DNA of 64,000 nucleotides from an uncultured Gemmatimonadales bacterium (GTDB taxonomy: Bacteria > Gemmatimonadota > Gemmatimonadetes > Gemmatimonadales > GWC2-71-9): NCBI GenBank assembly GCA_963821525.1, contig CAWGED010000014.1:64001-128000 (forward strand), given 5' to 3'. A model generated the notes under the pieces. That model saw nothing but the letters and a program-made list of their open reading frames with translations, did no database searches and was not told where the DNA came from. Both the position numbers and the translations under genes were made by a program. This document shows positions 1-10,309 of the stretch, piece after piece. Numbering within the stretch: the first letter of the stretch is position 1; each line of letters opens with the position of its first letter.

Positions 1-974
1 CCGAACGGATCGTGTTCAGCGGCGTCGGCAAGTCTCTCAGGGAACTCGACGCCGCGGTAGAGGCCGGTCTCGGCCACATCCATCTCGAATCGGCCGACGA
101 GCTTCACGCGCTCAGCGGCATCGCGGCGAGGCAGAAGCGGAAGGTTGTCGTCGGCATCCGGGTGAACCCGGAGGTCTCGGCCGATACGCATCCCTACATC
201 GCGACGGGACAGGGCGGCATCAAGTTCGGAGTGCCGTTCGATCAGGTGGTCGACCTGGCGTTGGCCGTCCATGCCGACGCATGGCTTCAGCTGGACAGCA
301 TCGCCATGCACATCGGCAGCCAGATCCTGGATGCCAAACCCTACCGGCAGGGGCTCGAACGCCTCACCGAGCTGGTGGGCCGGGTGCGGGACGCCGGTGT
401 CGATACCCTTCGCACCCTCGACATGGGGGGCGGCCTCGGCATCCGGTATCGCGACGAGACGCCGCTCACTCCGGACCGGTTGGTGCAGGCCATAATGCCC
501 GTGGCCGAGCAGACCGGTCTCACCATCGTGCTGGAGCCCGGGCGCTTCCTGGTCGGCAGCGCGGGCGTCCTGCTCACCACCGTGCTGTCACGTAAGCATT
601 CGGGTGGGAAGGAGCTGGTCCTGGTGGACGCCGGCATGAACGATCTGGTGCGCCCGAGCCACTACCAGGCGTACCACGAAATGGTTGAGCTGGAGACCAA
701 AGGCAGGCCGGGAGGGCTGGTGGACGTGGTTGGCCCGGTCTGTGAAACCGGTGACTTCCTGGCGCTGGACCGGGAGCTGCCGGGCCTGGTCGCTGGTGAG
801 CGGCTCGCGGTGCTGAGTGCCGGAGCCTACGGATTCGTCATGAGCTCCAACTACAACGCACGGGCTCGTGCGGCCGAGGTCATGGTCGATCAGGGTCGGT
901 GGGGGGTGGTACGAGACCGTGAGAGAGTGGAGGAGTTGTTTGCGGGAGAAAGGGCGGAGCCGGAATGGGAATAA
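1..974 (+). CDS. lysA: diaminopimelate decarboxylase (5' partial)
   Basis: Motifs HIGSQ, GGGLG, EPGR, GPVCETGD, GAYGFVMSSNYN; frame runs off the window start. Confidence 0.95.
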   Translation, partial: ERIVFSGVGKSLRELDAAVEAGLGHIHLESADELHALSGIAARQKRKVVVGIRVNPEVSADTHPYIATGQGGIKFGVPFDQVVDLALAVHADAWLQLDSIAMHIGSQILDAKPYRQGLERLTELVGRVRDAGVDTLRTLDMGGGLGIRYRDETPLTPDRLVQAIMPVAEQTGLTIVLEPGRFLVGSAGVLLTTVLSRKHSGGKELVLVDAGMNDLVRPSHYQAYHEMVELETKGRPGGLVDVVGPVCETGDFLALDRELPGLVAGERLAVLSAGAYGFVMSSNYNARARAAEVMVDQGRWGVVRDRERVEELFAGERAEPEWE

Positions 975-977
975 AAT

Positions 978-1084
978 CGAGTACCGAGTACCGAGTACCG
1001 AGTACCGAGTACAAAACGGCGGAGAATCGCTGCCCCGATGTCAGAAGTCGGTACTCGATCTCGGCTACGCAGTACTCGGATACT
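978..1084. repeat. heptamer tandem-repeat inverted element (CGAGTAC x5 / degenerate GTACTCG arm)
   Basis: CGAGTAC x5 at 978-1012 just after the lysA stop; GTACTCG at 1051 and 1072. Confidence 0.85.
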
Positions 1085-1105
1085 TTCTTATCAAATAGAC
1101 GGAGA

Positions 1106-2663
1106 ATGACCCACCACGCCGGCATCCTCATCATCGACTTCGGGTCCCAGTACACCCAGCTCATCGCGCGGCAGGGTGCGGGAGGCGCAGGGTCTACTGC
1201 GAAATCCATCCGCCATCTCGCCCGGTGGAATGGATTCGCGAGTGGAAGCCCAAGGGGATCATTCTTTCGGGCGGGCCCAATTCGGTGTACGGCGACAACG
1301 TCCCCACCGCCGAGCCGGCCCTGCTCGAGCTGGGCACGCCGGTGCTCGGCCTCTGCTACGGTATGCAGCTGCTGGCCCATCTCTCCGGGGGGAAGGTTGA
1401 ACGGGCGGCCCGCCGGGAATACGGCCGGGCGATGATCGAGATCAAGGGCGGGAAGCTGTTCCATGGCTTCGGCGACGGGCGAGGAAACCCCGGTCTGGAT
1501 GAGCCACGGGGATCACGTGGATACGGCTCCTCCGGGTTACCGGGTTACCGCGTCGAGCGCCAATGCGCCGGTTGCGGGATTCGAGCATACCACGAAGCCG
1601 CTCTACGGCGTGCAGTTCCACCCGGAAGTGGCGCACACCCCGCGAGGCGGAGAGATCCTCCACAACTTCCTCTTCGAGGTCTGCGGCTGCGTTCCCGATT
1701 GGACGCCGGGTAACTTCATCGAAGGAGAGATCGCCCGGATCCGCGAGCTGGTGAAGCCCGATCAGCGGGTGATTTGCGGCCTGTCAGGCGGGGTGGATTC
1801 CTCGGTAGCCGCGGTGCTGGTCCATCGTGCGGTCGGCGACCGGCTCACCTGCATCTTCGTGGACCACGGCCTGCTTCGGCTGCATGAGCGTGACCAGGTC
1901 GAGCACACCTTCCGCCGCCACCTGGGGATCGATCTCCGGGTCGTGGACGCCGGCGCCCAGTTCCTCGCGGACCTCGACGGCATCACCGATCCCGAGCTCA
2001 AGCGGAAGAAGATCGGGCACCGCTTCATCGACGTCTTCGAAGCCGAAGCGAAGAAGGTCGGCTCCGGCGTCGCCTACCTGGTGCAGGGGACGCTCTATCC
2101 CGACGTCATCGAGTCCATGTCCCCGCTGGGTGGGCCGTCGGTCACGATCAAGACCCATCACAACGTGGGCGGGCTTCCCGAGAAGCTTCCCTTCAAGCTG
2201 ATCGAGCCGCTGCGGGAGTTGTTCAAGGACGAGGTCAGGCAGGTAGGGCGCGAGTTGGGATTGCCCGACGAGATGGTGGGCCGCCATCCGTTCCCCGGAC
2301 CGGGCCTCGCGATCCGGGTGGTCGGCGACATCACGCCGGCCAACCTCGACATCCTCCGCCGAGCCGACCACATCTACATCGAGGAGATTCGCGCGGCCGG
2401 ACTGTACGACGAAATCTGGCAGGCCTTCGCGGTGCTGCTCCCGATCCGCTCGGTAGGGGTCCAGGGCGACGAGCGGAGCTACGACCAGGTGGTCGCGCTG
2501 CGCGCCGTCACCAGCCGGGATGGCATGACGGCCGACTGGTACTGCCTTCCCGCCCGAAGTCCTGGCCCGCATCTCGAACCGAATCGCCAACGAAGTGGAA
2601 GGGGTGAACCGGGTGGTGTACGACGTGAGCTCGAAGCCGCCTGCCACGATCGAATGGGAATAA
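1106..2663 (+). CDS. guaA: GMP synthase (glutamine-hydrolysing); about 4 frameshifts, probably sequencing indels
   Basis: [45 protein letters not shown] and C-terminal [11 protein letters not shown] spread over consecutive frames. Confidence 0.93.
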
Positions 2664-2676
2664 CGGGAAGCACCTA

Positions 2677-2787
2677 GGGAGATTTCAGATTGAAGATTTC
2701 AGATTGAGGATTGAAAACGGAGGTCGTCCTAGATCAGAAGCAGAGGCAGTTCAATCTGCAATCTGAAATCTTCAATCTTCAATCCCT
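2677..2787. repeat. heptamer inverted element (GATTTCA/GATTGAA x5, loop, TTCAATC/TGAAATC x5); probable bidirectional terminator
   Basis: 35-nt arms at 2681-2715 and 2750-2784 between convergent guaA and PTS IIA stops. Confidence 0.9.
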
Positions 2788-3239
2788 CAAACTCCCTTCT
2801 CCTCCAGCATCTCAAAAAACCCCTCGGCCGTCTGCAGTTTCGCCAGCCGTTCCGGGACATCGGGATCCTTGGCGAACTGGGCGATCTTGCCCAGGATCGG
2901 CAGGTACTGGTTGCTCACTTCGATAGGCGGGGCCACGATCAGGAAGAAGTGATGCACCGGCAGGCCGTCGATCGCGTCGTAGGCAACCCCGACGGGATGA
3001 TGGCCGTACGCGAGGCGGACATTGTTCACCACGAGCGAGCGCCCGTGAGGAATGGCGATTCCTCGTCCGACCCCGGTTGAGCCCAGCTCTTCACGCCGGG
3101 ACAGGATCTTGACCAGTGTCGCCGCCGAGCGCTCGTCGAGCTTCAGCAGGTCCACTAATTCGTTCAGGATATCTCCCCGGGTGGTGCCGCTCAGGTCGAG
3201 CCGCACGCTCTCCGGAGTGAAGAATTCATGTAAGCGCAT
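2787..3239 (-). CDS. PTS IIA domain protein (Ntr/fructose-mannitol type)
   Basis: REELGSTGVGRGIAIPHGR with the phospho-His motif. Confidence 0.9.
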   Translation of the reverse strand: MRLHEFFTPESVRLDLSGTTRGDILNELVDLLKLDERSAATLVKILSRREELGSTGVGRGIAIPHGRSLVVNNVRLAYGHHPVGVAYDAIDGLPVHHFFLIVAPPIEVSNQYLPILGKIAQFAKDPDVPERLAKLQTAEGFFEMLEEKGV

Positions 3240-3249
3240 GGAGGCAAAG

Positions 3250-3279
3250 AAGCTACATCGCCCTCTGGCGCACTGTCAA
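3250..3279 (-). promoter_or_regulatory. sigma70-type promoter of the PTS IIA gene
   Basis: Minus strand reads TTGACA-N18-TAGCTT, 10 nt before the ATG. Confidence 0.55.
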
Positions 3280-3368
3280 ACCAGCCCGAGATCAAGCGGA
3301 AGTCCATGCCGCCGCCCCCTCCATCGGCTCACTTTGCCCCTCCCAGTTCTTGTCGTATCTTATTGGCC

Positions 3369-4355
3369 ATGAAGCAGTTCCCCTATCCCTCCGAGCACAG
3401 CATCCCGCTGCTCCTGGCCCCGATGGCCGGGGTATCGGAAGCGCCGTTCCGCCAGATCTGCCGCGGGATGGGCGCCGATGTCGTGCTGTCCGAGTTCCTG
3501 AGCTCGGAGGCCATCCGCCGGCGGATTCGTCGCACCCTGGAGGGCGCCGAATTCGAAGAGTGTGAGCGTCCGATCGGCATCCAGATCTACGGCTCCGATC
3601 CGCAGGCGATGGCGGAGGCGACGGCGCTGATCACCGAGCATTACAAGCCAGAATTCGTGGACATCAATTTCGGTTGCCCGGTGAAGAAGGTGGTGCAGCG
3701 GAACGGCGGATCAGGTTGTCTCCGCGACATGGATCTGGTGGAGCGAATCGTCCGCGCGTGCATTGGCGCGACACACCTGCCGGTGACGGTTAAGACCCGG
3801 AGCGGCTGGAACGACGAGCTGCGCGATCCGGTCGGCATCGCCCTACGCATGCAGGACGCCGGCGCGCGCGCGTTCACCCTGCACGCCCGCACCAGGACCC
3901 AGATGTTCGGTGGGCGCGCCGATTGGGATGAAATTGCCGAGGTGACGGAGGCACTCGACATCCCGGTCATCGGCAACGGAGACATCCAGACCGCCGACGA
4001 TGTCGTTCGGATGCGGCAGCACACCGGGTGCGCCGGCATCATGATCGGTCGGGGAGCCTTTGGAAATCCCTGGCTCTTCCGCGATGCCCAGGCGTTGCTG
4101 GCAGGAAAGCCTCGGCCACTCGCACCCGACGCCGCCGAGCGGTTCCGGGTGGCGCTGCAGCACGCCCGCCTCGCGATCCGGCTTCAGGGCGACAGCCGCA
4201 AGACGGTCATCGAATTCCGCAAGCACTTTGGGTGGTACACCAAGGGCCTGCACGGTGCGAGCGATCTCCGCGCGCGGCTCTTCCAGGTCGAAACCATGGC
4301 CGAGGCCGAGGAAATCTTCGCATCCTACCTCGGCCCGATCGCTCAGGTGGCGTGA
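3369..4355 (+). CDS. dusB: tRNA-dihydrouridine synthase
   Basis: LAPMAG, DINFGCP, VTVKTRSG, TLHART, GNGDI, MIGRG motifs. Confidence 0.92.
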   Translation: MKQFPYPSEHSIPLLLAPMAGVSEAPFRQICRGMGADVVLSEFLSSEAIRRRIRRTLEGAEFEECERPIGIQIYGSDPQAMAEATALITEHYKPEFVDINFGCPVKKVVQRNGGSGCLRDMDLVERIVRACIGATHLPVTVKTRSGWNDELRDPVGIALRMQDAGARAFTLHARTRTQMFGGRADWDEIAEVTEALDIPVIGNGDIQTADDVVRMRQHTGCAGIMIGRGAFGNPWLFRDAQALLAGKPRPLAPDAAERFRVALQHARLAIRLQGDSRKTVIEFRKHFGWYTKGLHGASDLRARLFQVETMAEAEEIFASYLGPIAQVA

Positions 4356-5119
4356 CTCGCGACCAGCTCGAGCGGCTGTTGGGCGATGTGGCCGCTGGGC
4401 GCCTGGACGCCGCCGCAGCACTCGATCGGTTGCGGCACTTTCCCACGGAGCAGCTTCCCTTCGCCCAGCTCGATCATCATCGCAGCCTGCGGCAGGGGCA
4501 TCCTGAAGTCATCTTCTGCGAGGGGAAAACCGTCGAGCAGGTCGGGGCCATCGCCGAACGATTGGTCGCGGCCAGCGGCGGATTCCTGGGAACTCGCGCG
4601 ACTCCGGAACAGGCCGCCGCCCTCGAGGCGCGATTTCCCGAGCTGCAGTGGAATCCGCTGGGGCGGACCGTCTACCTCCCGTCTCCCGCTGCGGTATCTT
4701 CGCCGGGCACCGGAGACCTGCTCATCGTCTCGGCGGGAACCAGCGATCTCCCCGTTGCCGAGGAAGCTGCGGCGACCGCGACGGCATTCGGGCTCTGCGT
4801 TGGACGGCTTACCGACATCGGTGTCGCCGGCATTCACCGCCTCCTGAATCAGAGCCGGCGGCTTGCCCAGGCTGATGCAGTGATCGTCGTCGCCGGAATG
4901 GAAGGCGCATTGCCGAGCGTCGTGGGCGGGATGGTATCGGTGCCGGTGATCGCGGTGCCGACCAGCGTCGGCTATGGCGCGTCCTTCGGGGGTCTGGCGG
5001 CACTCCTCGCGATGCTGAACTCCTGCGCCGCAGGCGTCACGGTGGTCAACATCGACAATGGATTCGGCGCGGCGGTCGCGGCGAGCCGCATTCTGAGCAA
5101 GCGACCGCCGTCGGCCTGA
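4352..5119 (+). CDS. larB: nickel-pincer cofactor biosynthesis protein LarB (PurE-like)
   Basis: [54 protein letters not shown] overlaps the dusB stop. Confidence 0.9.
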   Translation: MTRDQLERLLGDVAAGRLDAAAALDRLRHFPTEQLPFAQLDHHRSLRQGHPEVIFCEGKTVEQVGAIAERLVAASGGFLGTRATPEQAAALEARFPELQWNPLGRTVYLPSPAAVSSPGTGDLLIVSAGTSDLPVAEEAAATATAFGLCVGRLTDIGVAGIHRLLNQSRRLAQADAVIVVAGMEGALPSVVGGMVSVPVIAVPTSVGYGASFGGLAALLAMLNSCAAGVTVVNIDNGFGAAVAASRILSKRPPSA

Positions 5120-5120
5120 T

Positions 5121-6041
5121 ATGCTGCGGACGATCTTCGCAACCGAGAATCCCAAATTCTGCTGGCTGGACCTGGTCGAGCCCACGAAGGCTGACCTCGA
5201 GGAGATCGTTCGGCGCTACGGGCTCTACCCGACCGCCGTGGCAGACTGTATGGATCCGGAGCATCTGCCGAAGTTCGAGCGCTACGATGGCACCAGCTTC
5301 GTCATCCTGCGGGCCATCGACGAGAAAGCGGGTCCCGGAGCGGTGAGCATCCAGGCCCTGACCAGGAAGGTGGCCATTTTCTTCGGCCCGGAGTTCCTGA
5401 TCACCATTCACCGCAAAGAGCAGGAGTATCTCCAAAAGCTCCAGGCCGCGTGGTCGGCCAAGTACTCGGCTCCCACCCCGCCCGCCCAGCCGATGCCGGA
5501 ATTGCTGGTCGATATCATGAACCAGGCGATCGAGACTTACGAGAAGCCGCTGGAGGAAGCCGAAGCGGGGATGGACAAGTTCGAGGCCGGGTTGTTCCGG
5601 ACCCAGAAGGTCACCCTCATTCTCCGCGAGATCTACTTGCTGAAGCGGCGGGTGACGCTGGCCAAACGCATGCTTTGGAAGATGCTTGCCACGACAACCC
5701 GGCTGGCGGCCGGAGCGGAGCGTGGTTCGACCTTGTTTCAGGATCTGCGGGAGAATGCCGAAAGCATGCACTTCTACGCCGACGAGCTGCTCGAGGACGT
5801 GAACAACCTGCTCCACATGCAGCTTTCTCTCGCCTCGCATCGCGGCAATGAGGTGATGCGGGTCCTCACCATCTTCTCGGCGTTCTTTCTGCCGCTCACG
5901 TTTGTGGTCGGGATCTACGGCATGAATTTCCATTTCATGCCGGAGCTCAATAAGACCTGGGGTTACCCCATGGTCTGGGGGCTCATGGTTCTCATTGCTC
6001 TCGGGATCTTCGTGTGGTTCCGGAGAAAGGGGTGGTTGTGA
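5121..6041 (+). CDS. corA: CorA family Mg2+/Co2+ transporter
   Basis: GIYGMNF signature and two C-terminal TM helices. Confidence 0.9.
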   Translation: MLRTIFATENPKFCWLDLVEPTKADLEEIVRRYGLYPTAVADCMDPEHLPKFERYDGTSFVILRAIDEKAGPGAVSIQALTRKVAIFFGPEFLITIHRKEQEYLQKLQAAWSAKYSAPTPPAQPMPELLVDIMNQAIETYEKPLEEAEAGMDKFEAGLFRTQKVTLILREIYLLKRRVTLAKRMLWKMLATTTRLAAGAERGSTLFQDLRENAESMHFYADELLEDVNNLLHMQLSLASHRGNEVMRVLTIFSAFFLPLTFVVGIYGMNFHFMPELNKTWGYPMVWGLMVLIALGIFVWFRRKGWL

Positions 6042-7489
6042 TGTCGCTCGCGTCCGGTGGCAATCTGGGCTGGTTCGCTGGCGGTGCGGTCGCGGCCGCG
6101 GTTCTCCTTCGCTTCATGAAGCGCTCCCGGAGTGGGATCGGACCCGGCACCGACCCTTCGCTGTTGCCCGAGCCGGGCCTCGACTGGTTGCGGCGGGCGC
6201 ATGGCGCGAAGGGTGTCTGGATATCGGAGCGGGCCCGGCCCGGCGAGGCGACCGTCTGGCATCGCGCCATTTCGGAAAAGATCCTTTCTCCGGCCCACGT
6301 GGCCGTGGTGGAGCAGCGACTCACCCAGGCGGTAGAGCAGGGAACCAGCGGCGCCGAGCGACTCGAGGCGGGGACCCTGCTCTTCGGTTCAGCAGGAGGA
6401 GTTGTCGCCGGAGTTCTCCTTCCCGCCGGCGCCCCACAGCCGAGCCTCGATCTCGCAGGTGAAGATCTGCTGCAGCTGCTGGAGGGAGCGGCCCGCCGTC
6501 CGATCCTGGCTCGCATCGAAGCCGAGAGCGAGCGGCCCATCGAGTCGCTCGGCAGCATCGCGCTCCGGCTGGCCTATCAGCTGGAACGGATTCTCGATGC
6601 CGAAGTGATCGTGGCTGTCGTGACGGGAGACGCCGTCAAGGTGATGGGCGTTTCGGGCCGTGCGGATCGCCGGCTGCTCGAAACCACTGCCGTTGCGGGC
6701 AGCCCGCTCGATCAGGTGGCCAGGGGAGAAGTCCGCCAGCTCTCGACGATCGCGGACCCACTGGGTGGCATCGTCCCCGACCGGCGCTCGCGCTTTACCC
6801 CGGCACTGATTCTTCCGATTCGGAGCGGGGAAGAGTTGTCGGGAGAAGTGGTCGGTGCCGTCGCCTTCTGGCCGGAAGACGACTCGGCCCCGGTAGGCCC
6901 CGTTATCGCGGAGGTGCAAGAGGCGATGCGGAACGCGGGACCGCGGATTGTGCGGGCGCTCGAATTCGAGGCCAAGGACGTAACCGCGATGTCTGATCCA
7001 CTCACGGGGCTCAAGAACCGGCGAGCCCTGGAAGACCTGATGGGACGGATGGGTGTGCAGCAGGCCAGTCTCATCTACTGCGACATCGACAAGTTCAAGA
7101 CGCTTAACGACGCGCTCGGCCATCCAGCGGGTGACGCGGCTTTGGTACACTTTTCCCGGCTCTTGAGCGACCAGATCCGCGGCGCCGACACCGCCGCGAG
7201 GATCGGGGGAGAGGAATTCGCCGTGTGGCTGCCGGGCGCGACCCTGGCGTACGGCGCTCGGATCGCCGATCGAATCAGGATCAAGCTGGGGACTACTCCC
7301 TGGGATTGGCAGGGCCGGCAGTGGCCCCTCAGCGCGTCGTTCGGTGTTGCGGCGGTGCCGGATACCTCGCGCAGCATCGGCAACCTGGCGGCCCAGGCGG
7401 ATGCGGCGCTCATGATCGCCAAGCGGGACGGGCGGAACCGCGTGGAGCTGGCGCGAAGGCTCGATCCCAGCCCGGCCGGATTGGCCTAA
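6041..7489 (+). CDS. membrane-anchored diguanylate cyclase (GAF-like + GGDEF)
   Basis: DPLTGLKNRR, DIDKFKTLNDALGH, RIGGEEF, AKRDGRN. Confidence 0.88.
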   Translation: MSLASGGNLGWFAGGAVAAAVLLRFMKRSRSGIGPGTDPSLLPEPGLDWLRRAHGAKGVWISERARPGEATVWHRAISEKILSPAHVAVVEQRLTQAVEQGTSGAERLEAGTLLFGSAGGVVAGVLLPAGAPQPSLDLAGEDLLQLLEGAARRPILARIEAESERPIESLGSIALRLAYQLERILDAEVIVAVVTGDAVKVMGVSGRADRRLLETTAVAGSPLDQVARGEVRQLSTIADPLGGIVPDRRSRFTPALILPIRSGEELSGEVVGAVAFWPEDDSAPVGPVIAEVQEAMRNAGPRIVRALEFEAKDVTAMSDPLTGLKNRRALEDLMGRMGVQQASLIYCDIDKFKTLNDALGHPAGDAALVHFSRLLSDQIRGADTAARIGGEEFAVWLPGATLAYGARIADRIRIKLGTTPWDWQGRQWPLSASFGVAAVPDTSRSIGNLAAQADAALMIAKRDGRNRVELARRLDPSPAGLA

Positions 7490-7520
7490 GCGGTTGATCA
7501 GGTTAGATTTGTGATCACCC

Positions 7521-7884
7521 GGGGGCGACTGGTTTCGACGGGTTTGAAGAAGGAATTGCTGCGTGCCCAGGTCCAGGTTCCTGGTTAAACCGCTTGGAAA
7601 CATTCAATTGCCAACTCTGAATTGGCGCTGGCTGCATAAGCTGAGCTAGACTCGCTTATCGCACCACCAGTGAGCAGAGCCCGCCCGGGGCGCTGACCGC
7701 TGGACGAAAATCCGGGCTGGCGTGCCGTGGTGCTCCACCACGGAGCGTGAGATCTCAGGAGATAGGTTGCGGGCAGGTCGGTGCTTCACCGGCCCGTGAC
7801 GACGGAAAGAAGAAGTGCCTACGCACGTAGATGTGGTTCTGGAAGCTGACTCGGACGAGGGTTCGATTCCCTCCGCCTCCACTG
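7521..7884 (+). ncRNA. ssrA: tmRNA (tag ANSELALAA* at 7610-7639)
   Basis: 5' GGGGGCGACTGGTTTCGACGGG; 3' T-arm GAGGGTTCGATTCCCTC then CGCCTCCA; internal tag ORF ending LALAA-TAA. Confidence 0.96.
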
Positions 7885-7890
7885 TCCAAG

Positions 7891-7936
7891 CAAAAGCGGG
7901 AAAACGGGAACCGGGGATCCCTGTTCCCGCTTTTTG
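7891..7936 (+). terminator. intrinsic terminator after ssrA, containing GGGAAC-type repeat units
   Basis: CAAAAGCGGGAA...TTCCCGCTTTTTG inverted repeat with T tract. Confidence 0.7.
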
Positions 7937-7945
7937 TTTGGCTCC

Positions 7946-7977
7946 CGTCATCCCCTCGTCATCCGATCCGCTACATT
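7946..7977 (+). promoter_or_regulatory. OmpR/PhoB-type tandem box plus -10, upstream of the efflux operon
   Basis: CGTCATCC twice with 11-nt period (7946, 7957), then TACATT at 7972. Confidence 0.5.
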
Positions 7978-8087
7978 GAAGTAGACGTGCGCTCACTCCT
8001 CCTAGCGGGACCTGGCATCGCCATCGTCCGACCACTCGCCTCCACTATTGGAGGCGAGTTTGTGCATTGCCGGGGAAGCGAGGCCTG

Positions 8088-9281
8088 ATGCTCTTTCTGC
8101 TCGCCGCAGGCTCGCTTCTGATTCAGGCGCCAATCCCCGATTCCCTCACTCTGGCCCAGGCGTTGAGCCAGGCGCGCACCGCGCGTGGGCAGGTCATGAC
8201 CGCAACCGCGCGTGTCGCGGCGGCGCGCGCAGGGTTCCGGCAAGCGGGAACGATTCCCAATCCGAATGGCAACTACGAATACACCGAAGATACTCCGCGC
8301 CAGCATTTGACGTTCGACCAGTCGTTCGATTGGCTCCTCACCCGCGGCCCCTCGCGGGACGCAGCCAATGCCTCGATCACCGGAGCCCTCGCCGACTCGG
8401 CCCAGCTCGAAGCCGATCTCGCGGCGGAGGTACGGCGTGCCTTCTACGCCCTGGTGGCTGCCCGGCAGCTCCACGCGCTCGTGGTAGCCCAGGCCGCCAC
8501 AGCCGATACGCTCGCCGGCATGGCGGAACACCGCTTCAAGAGCGGAGATATCTCCCGTTTCGAGGCCGATGCGGCGCTGCTCGAAGCACAACGGGTGCGG
8601 CTCAATCTCTCCCGGGCGCGCGAGGTCGAGACGATAGCGGGGGCCGAATTCAGTCGCACCCTGGGGCTGATGGAAGTGAGTCGTGCCCCGGTGCCTATCG
8701 CCGGGCTCGATGACGGGCTGGATGAGACTGGGCCCCGTCAGGCTCCGACCGAGGCGCTGATCCCGGGTATTCAACGGGCGACAGCGGAATCCACCGCCGC
8801 CACGCTCCGGGTTCGGGCGACCAAACGGGCCTGGATACCGATGCCGAGCGTTGTCGCCGGGGCGGAATGGTCTGATCCCGGCAGCCCGGGAGAAACTCTG
8901 GGTCTGATCGGCGTCTCTCTCCCCATCCCGCTATGGAATCAGGGCGGCGGCAATTCTGCAGCCGCACTCTCTGAGGCCGATGCGGCTGCCGCCGGCGCCC
9001 GGGAAGCGCGTCTCACCGCCAGAGCGTCTCTCGCCACTGCCGAAGTGCGCCTTGCCGAAGCTGCCGAGCGGGCTCGTCTCTCTCGAGACTCCCTTTTCCC
9101 TGCCGCCGGTCGCTTGCGGCAACAGGCGACTCTCGCCTACCAGGCTGGCGAGACCGGAATCCTCCCTGTGATCGAGGCGCTGCGCGCCGAGCGGGAAATC
9201 AGTGCCAGCACGGTGGATGAGCTTCTCTCGTATCAGGAGGCGGTAGCCGAATGGAATCGCCTGGCCGGGGTTGCCCGATGA
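8088..9281 (+). CDS. TolC/CzcC-family outer membrane efflux protein
   Basis: Signal peptide, Ala-rich helices, IPNP and SLPIPLWNQ, YQAGE motifs; first gene of an RND operon. Confidence 0.85.
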   Translation: MLFLLAAGSLLIQAPIPDSLTLAQALSQARTARGQVMTATARVAAARAGFRQAGTIPNPNGNYEYTEDTPRQHLTFDQSFDWLLTRGPSRDAANASITGALADSAQLEADLAAEVRRAFYALVAARQLHALVVAQAATADTLAGMAEHRFKSGDISRFEADAALLEAQRVRLNLSRAREVETIAGAEFSRTLGLMEVSRAPVPIAGLDDGLDETGPRQAPTEALIPGIQRATAESTAATLRVRATKRAWIPMPSVVAGAEWSDPGSPGETLGLIGVSLPIPLWNQGGGNSAAALSEADAAAAGAREARLTARASLATAEVRLAEAAERARLSRDSLFPAAGRLRQQATLAYQAGETGILPVIEALRAEREISASTVDELLSYQEAVAEWNRLAGVAR

Positions 9282-10309
9282 GGTGGCAAATTGGTCTCGC
9301 AATCGTGGCCACGGTTGCGGCCTGCGGCAAGAAAGCCGACGACGGGGCCGAACCATCTCCGCTGGTGCCGGTAGGGATCGGCACCGTGGCGAAGGATACG
9401 ATCTCCCAGGTCATCACGCTCACTGGCCGTCTCATGCCGCTCCCGGGCGGTTCGGCGCTGCTCTCGGCCCCGGCAGATGCCATGGTGCGCACGGTCGCGG
9501 TGCAGATCGGAGAACGCGTACGCCAGGGAGAACTCCTCATCGAGCTCGACGCACCCGACCTCGCGGCCAATGCGAAGGCCCTGGTCGCCACCGCAACAAA
9601 CGCCGAACATGAAGCCGCCCGGCAAGAAGATCTCTTCTCCAAGGGAATCACCTCTCGCAAGCAGGTGGATGAGGCTGCGGCCCAGGCAACGAGCGCCCGT
9701 TCCGCGGCTGAAGCGGCGGAGCGGCTGCTGGATCAGGCTCAGGTAAGGAGCCCGCTCGATGGCGGCGTTCAGCGGGTTCTGGTGCATCCCGGCGAACGAG
9801 TCTCGGCTGGAGCGGAACTGGTCGAGGTGATTCGGGGTGGCTCTCTGGATTTCGTCGCCCAGGCAACGGCCGATCAATTGGCCCGACTCAAGACCGGGCA
9901 ATCGGCGTTGGTCACCCCCGAGGGCTCCACTGAGGGACAGGAGGGCAGGGTGCATGCGACCGCTCCCGCGGTGGACATCGCGTCCAACGCCGGCGCGGTC
10001 GTGATCCGTATTGCTCGCGCGGGCCCTGGCCTGCTTCCCGGCGCTGGAGCATCAGCACGGGTCAACCTTGGCCGAAAAGACAGGGTGCTCGTGATCCCAG
10101 ACTCCGCACTCGTATTGGTAGGCGATGTGATGTCGGTGTTCGTGGTGGGCGCCGATTCGGTGGCTCACGCTCACCCCGTCACCGTCGGGGTGCGGCAGAA
10201 GGGACGCGCCGAGGTTTCCGGCGATATCCAGGCCGGGGATCGGGTCGCTACGACAGGAGCCTACGGACTCTCCGACGGGATGCGGGTGGTCCCCATCGTA
10301 CCTCAATGA
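9278..10309 (+). CDS. RND efflux periplasmic adaptor (MFP), lipoprotein
   Basis: Lipobox VAAC; GERVRQGELL, VRSPLDG, GDRVATTGAYGLSDG. Confidence 0.88.
   Translation: MRWQIGLAIVATVAACGKKADDGAEPSPLVPVGIGTVAKDTISQVITLTGRLMPLPGGSALLSAPADAMVRTVAVQIGERVRQGELLIELDAPDLAANAKALVATATNAEHEAARQEDLFSKGITSRKQVDEAAAQATSARSAAEAAERLLDQAQVRSPLDGGVQRVLVHPGERVSAGAELVEVIRGGSLDFVAQATADQLARLKTGQSALVTPEGSTEGQEGRVHATAPAVDIASNAGAVVIRIARAGPGLLPGAGASARVNLGRKDRVLVIPDSALVLVGDVMSVFVVGADSVAHAHPVTVGVRQKGRAEVSGDIQAGDRVATTGAYGLSDGMRVVPIVPQ

Noticed and set aside
965..1105. Repetitive peptides such as [20 protein letters not shown] and GNGEQGTG as proteins
   Set aside because: Translations of the heptamer arrays
7521..8100. Genomic island integrated at tmRNA
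   Set aside because: No integrase and no long duplicate of the ssrA 3' end in the window; only a 10-nt match
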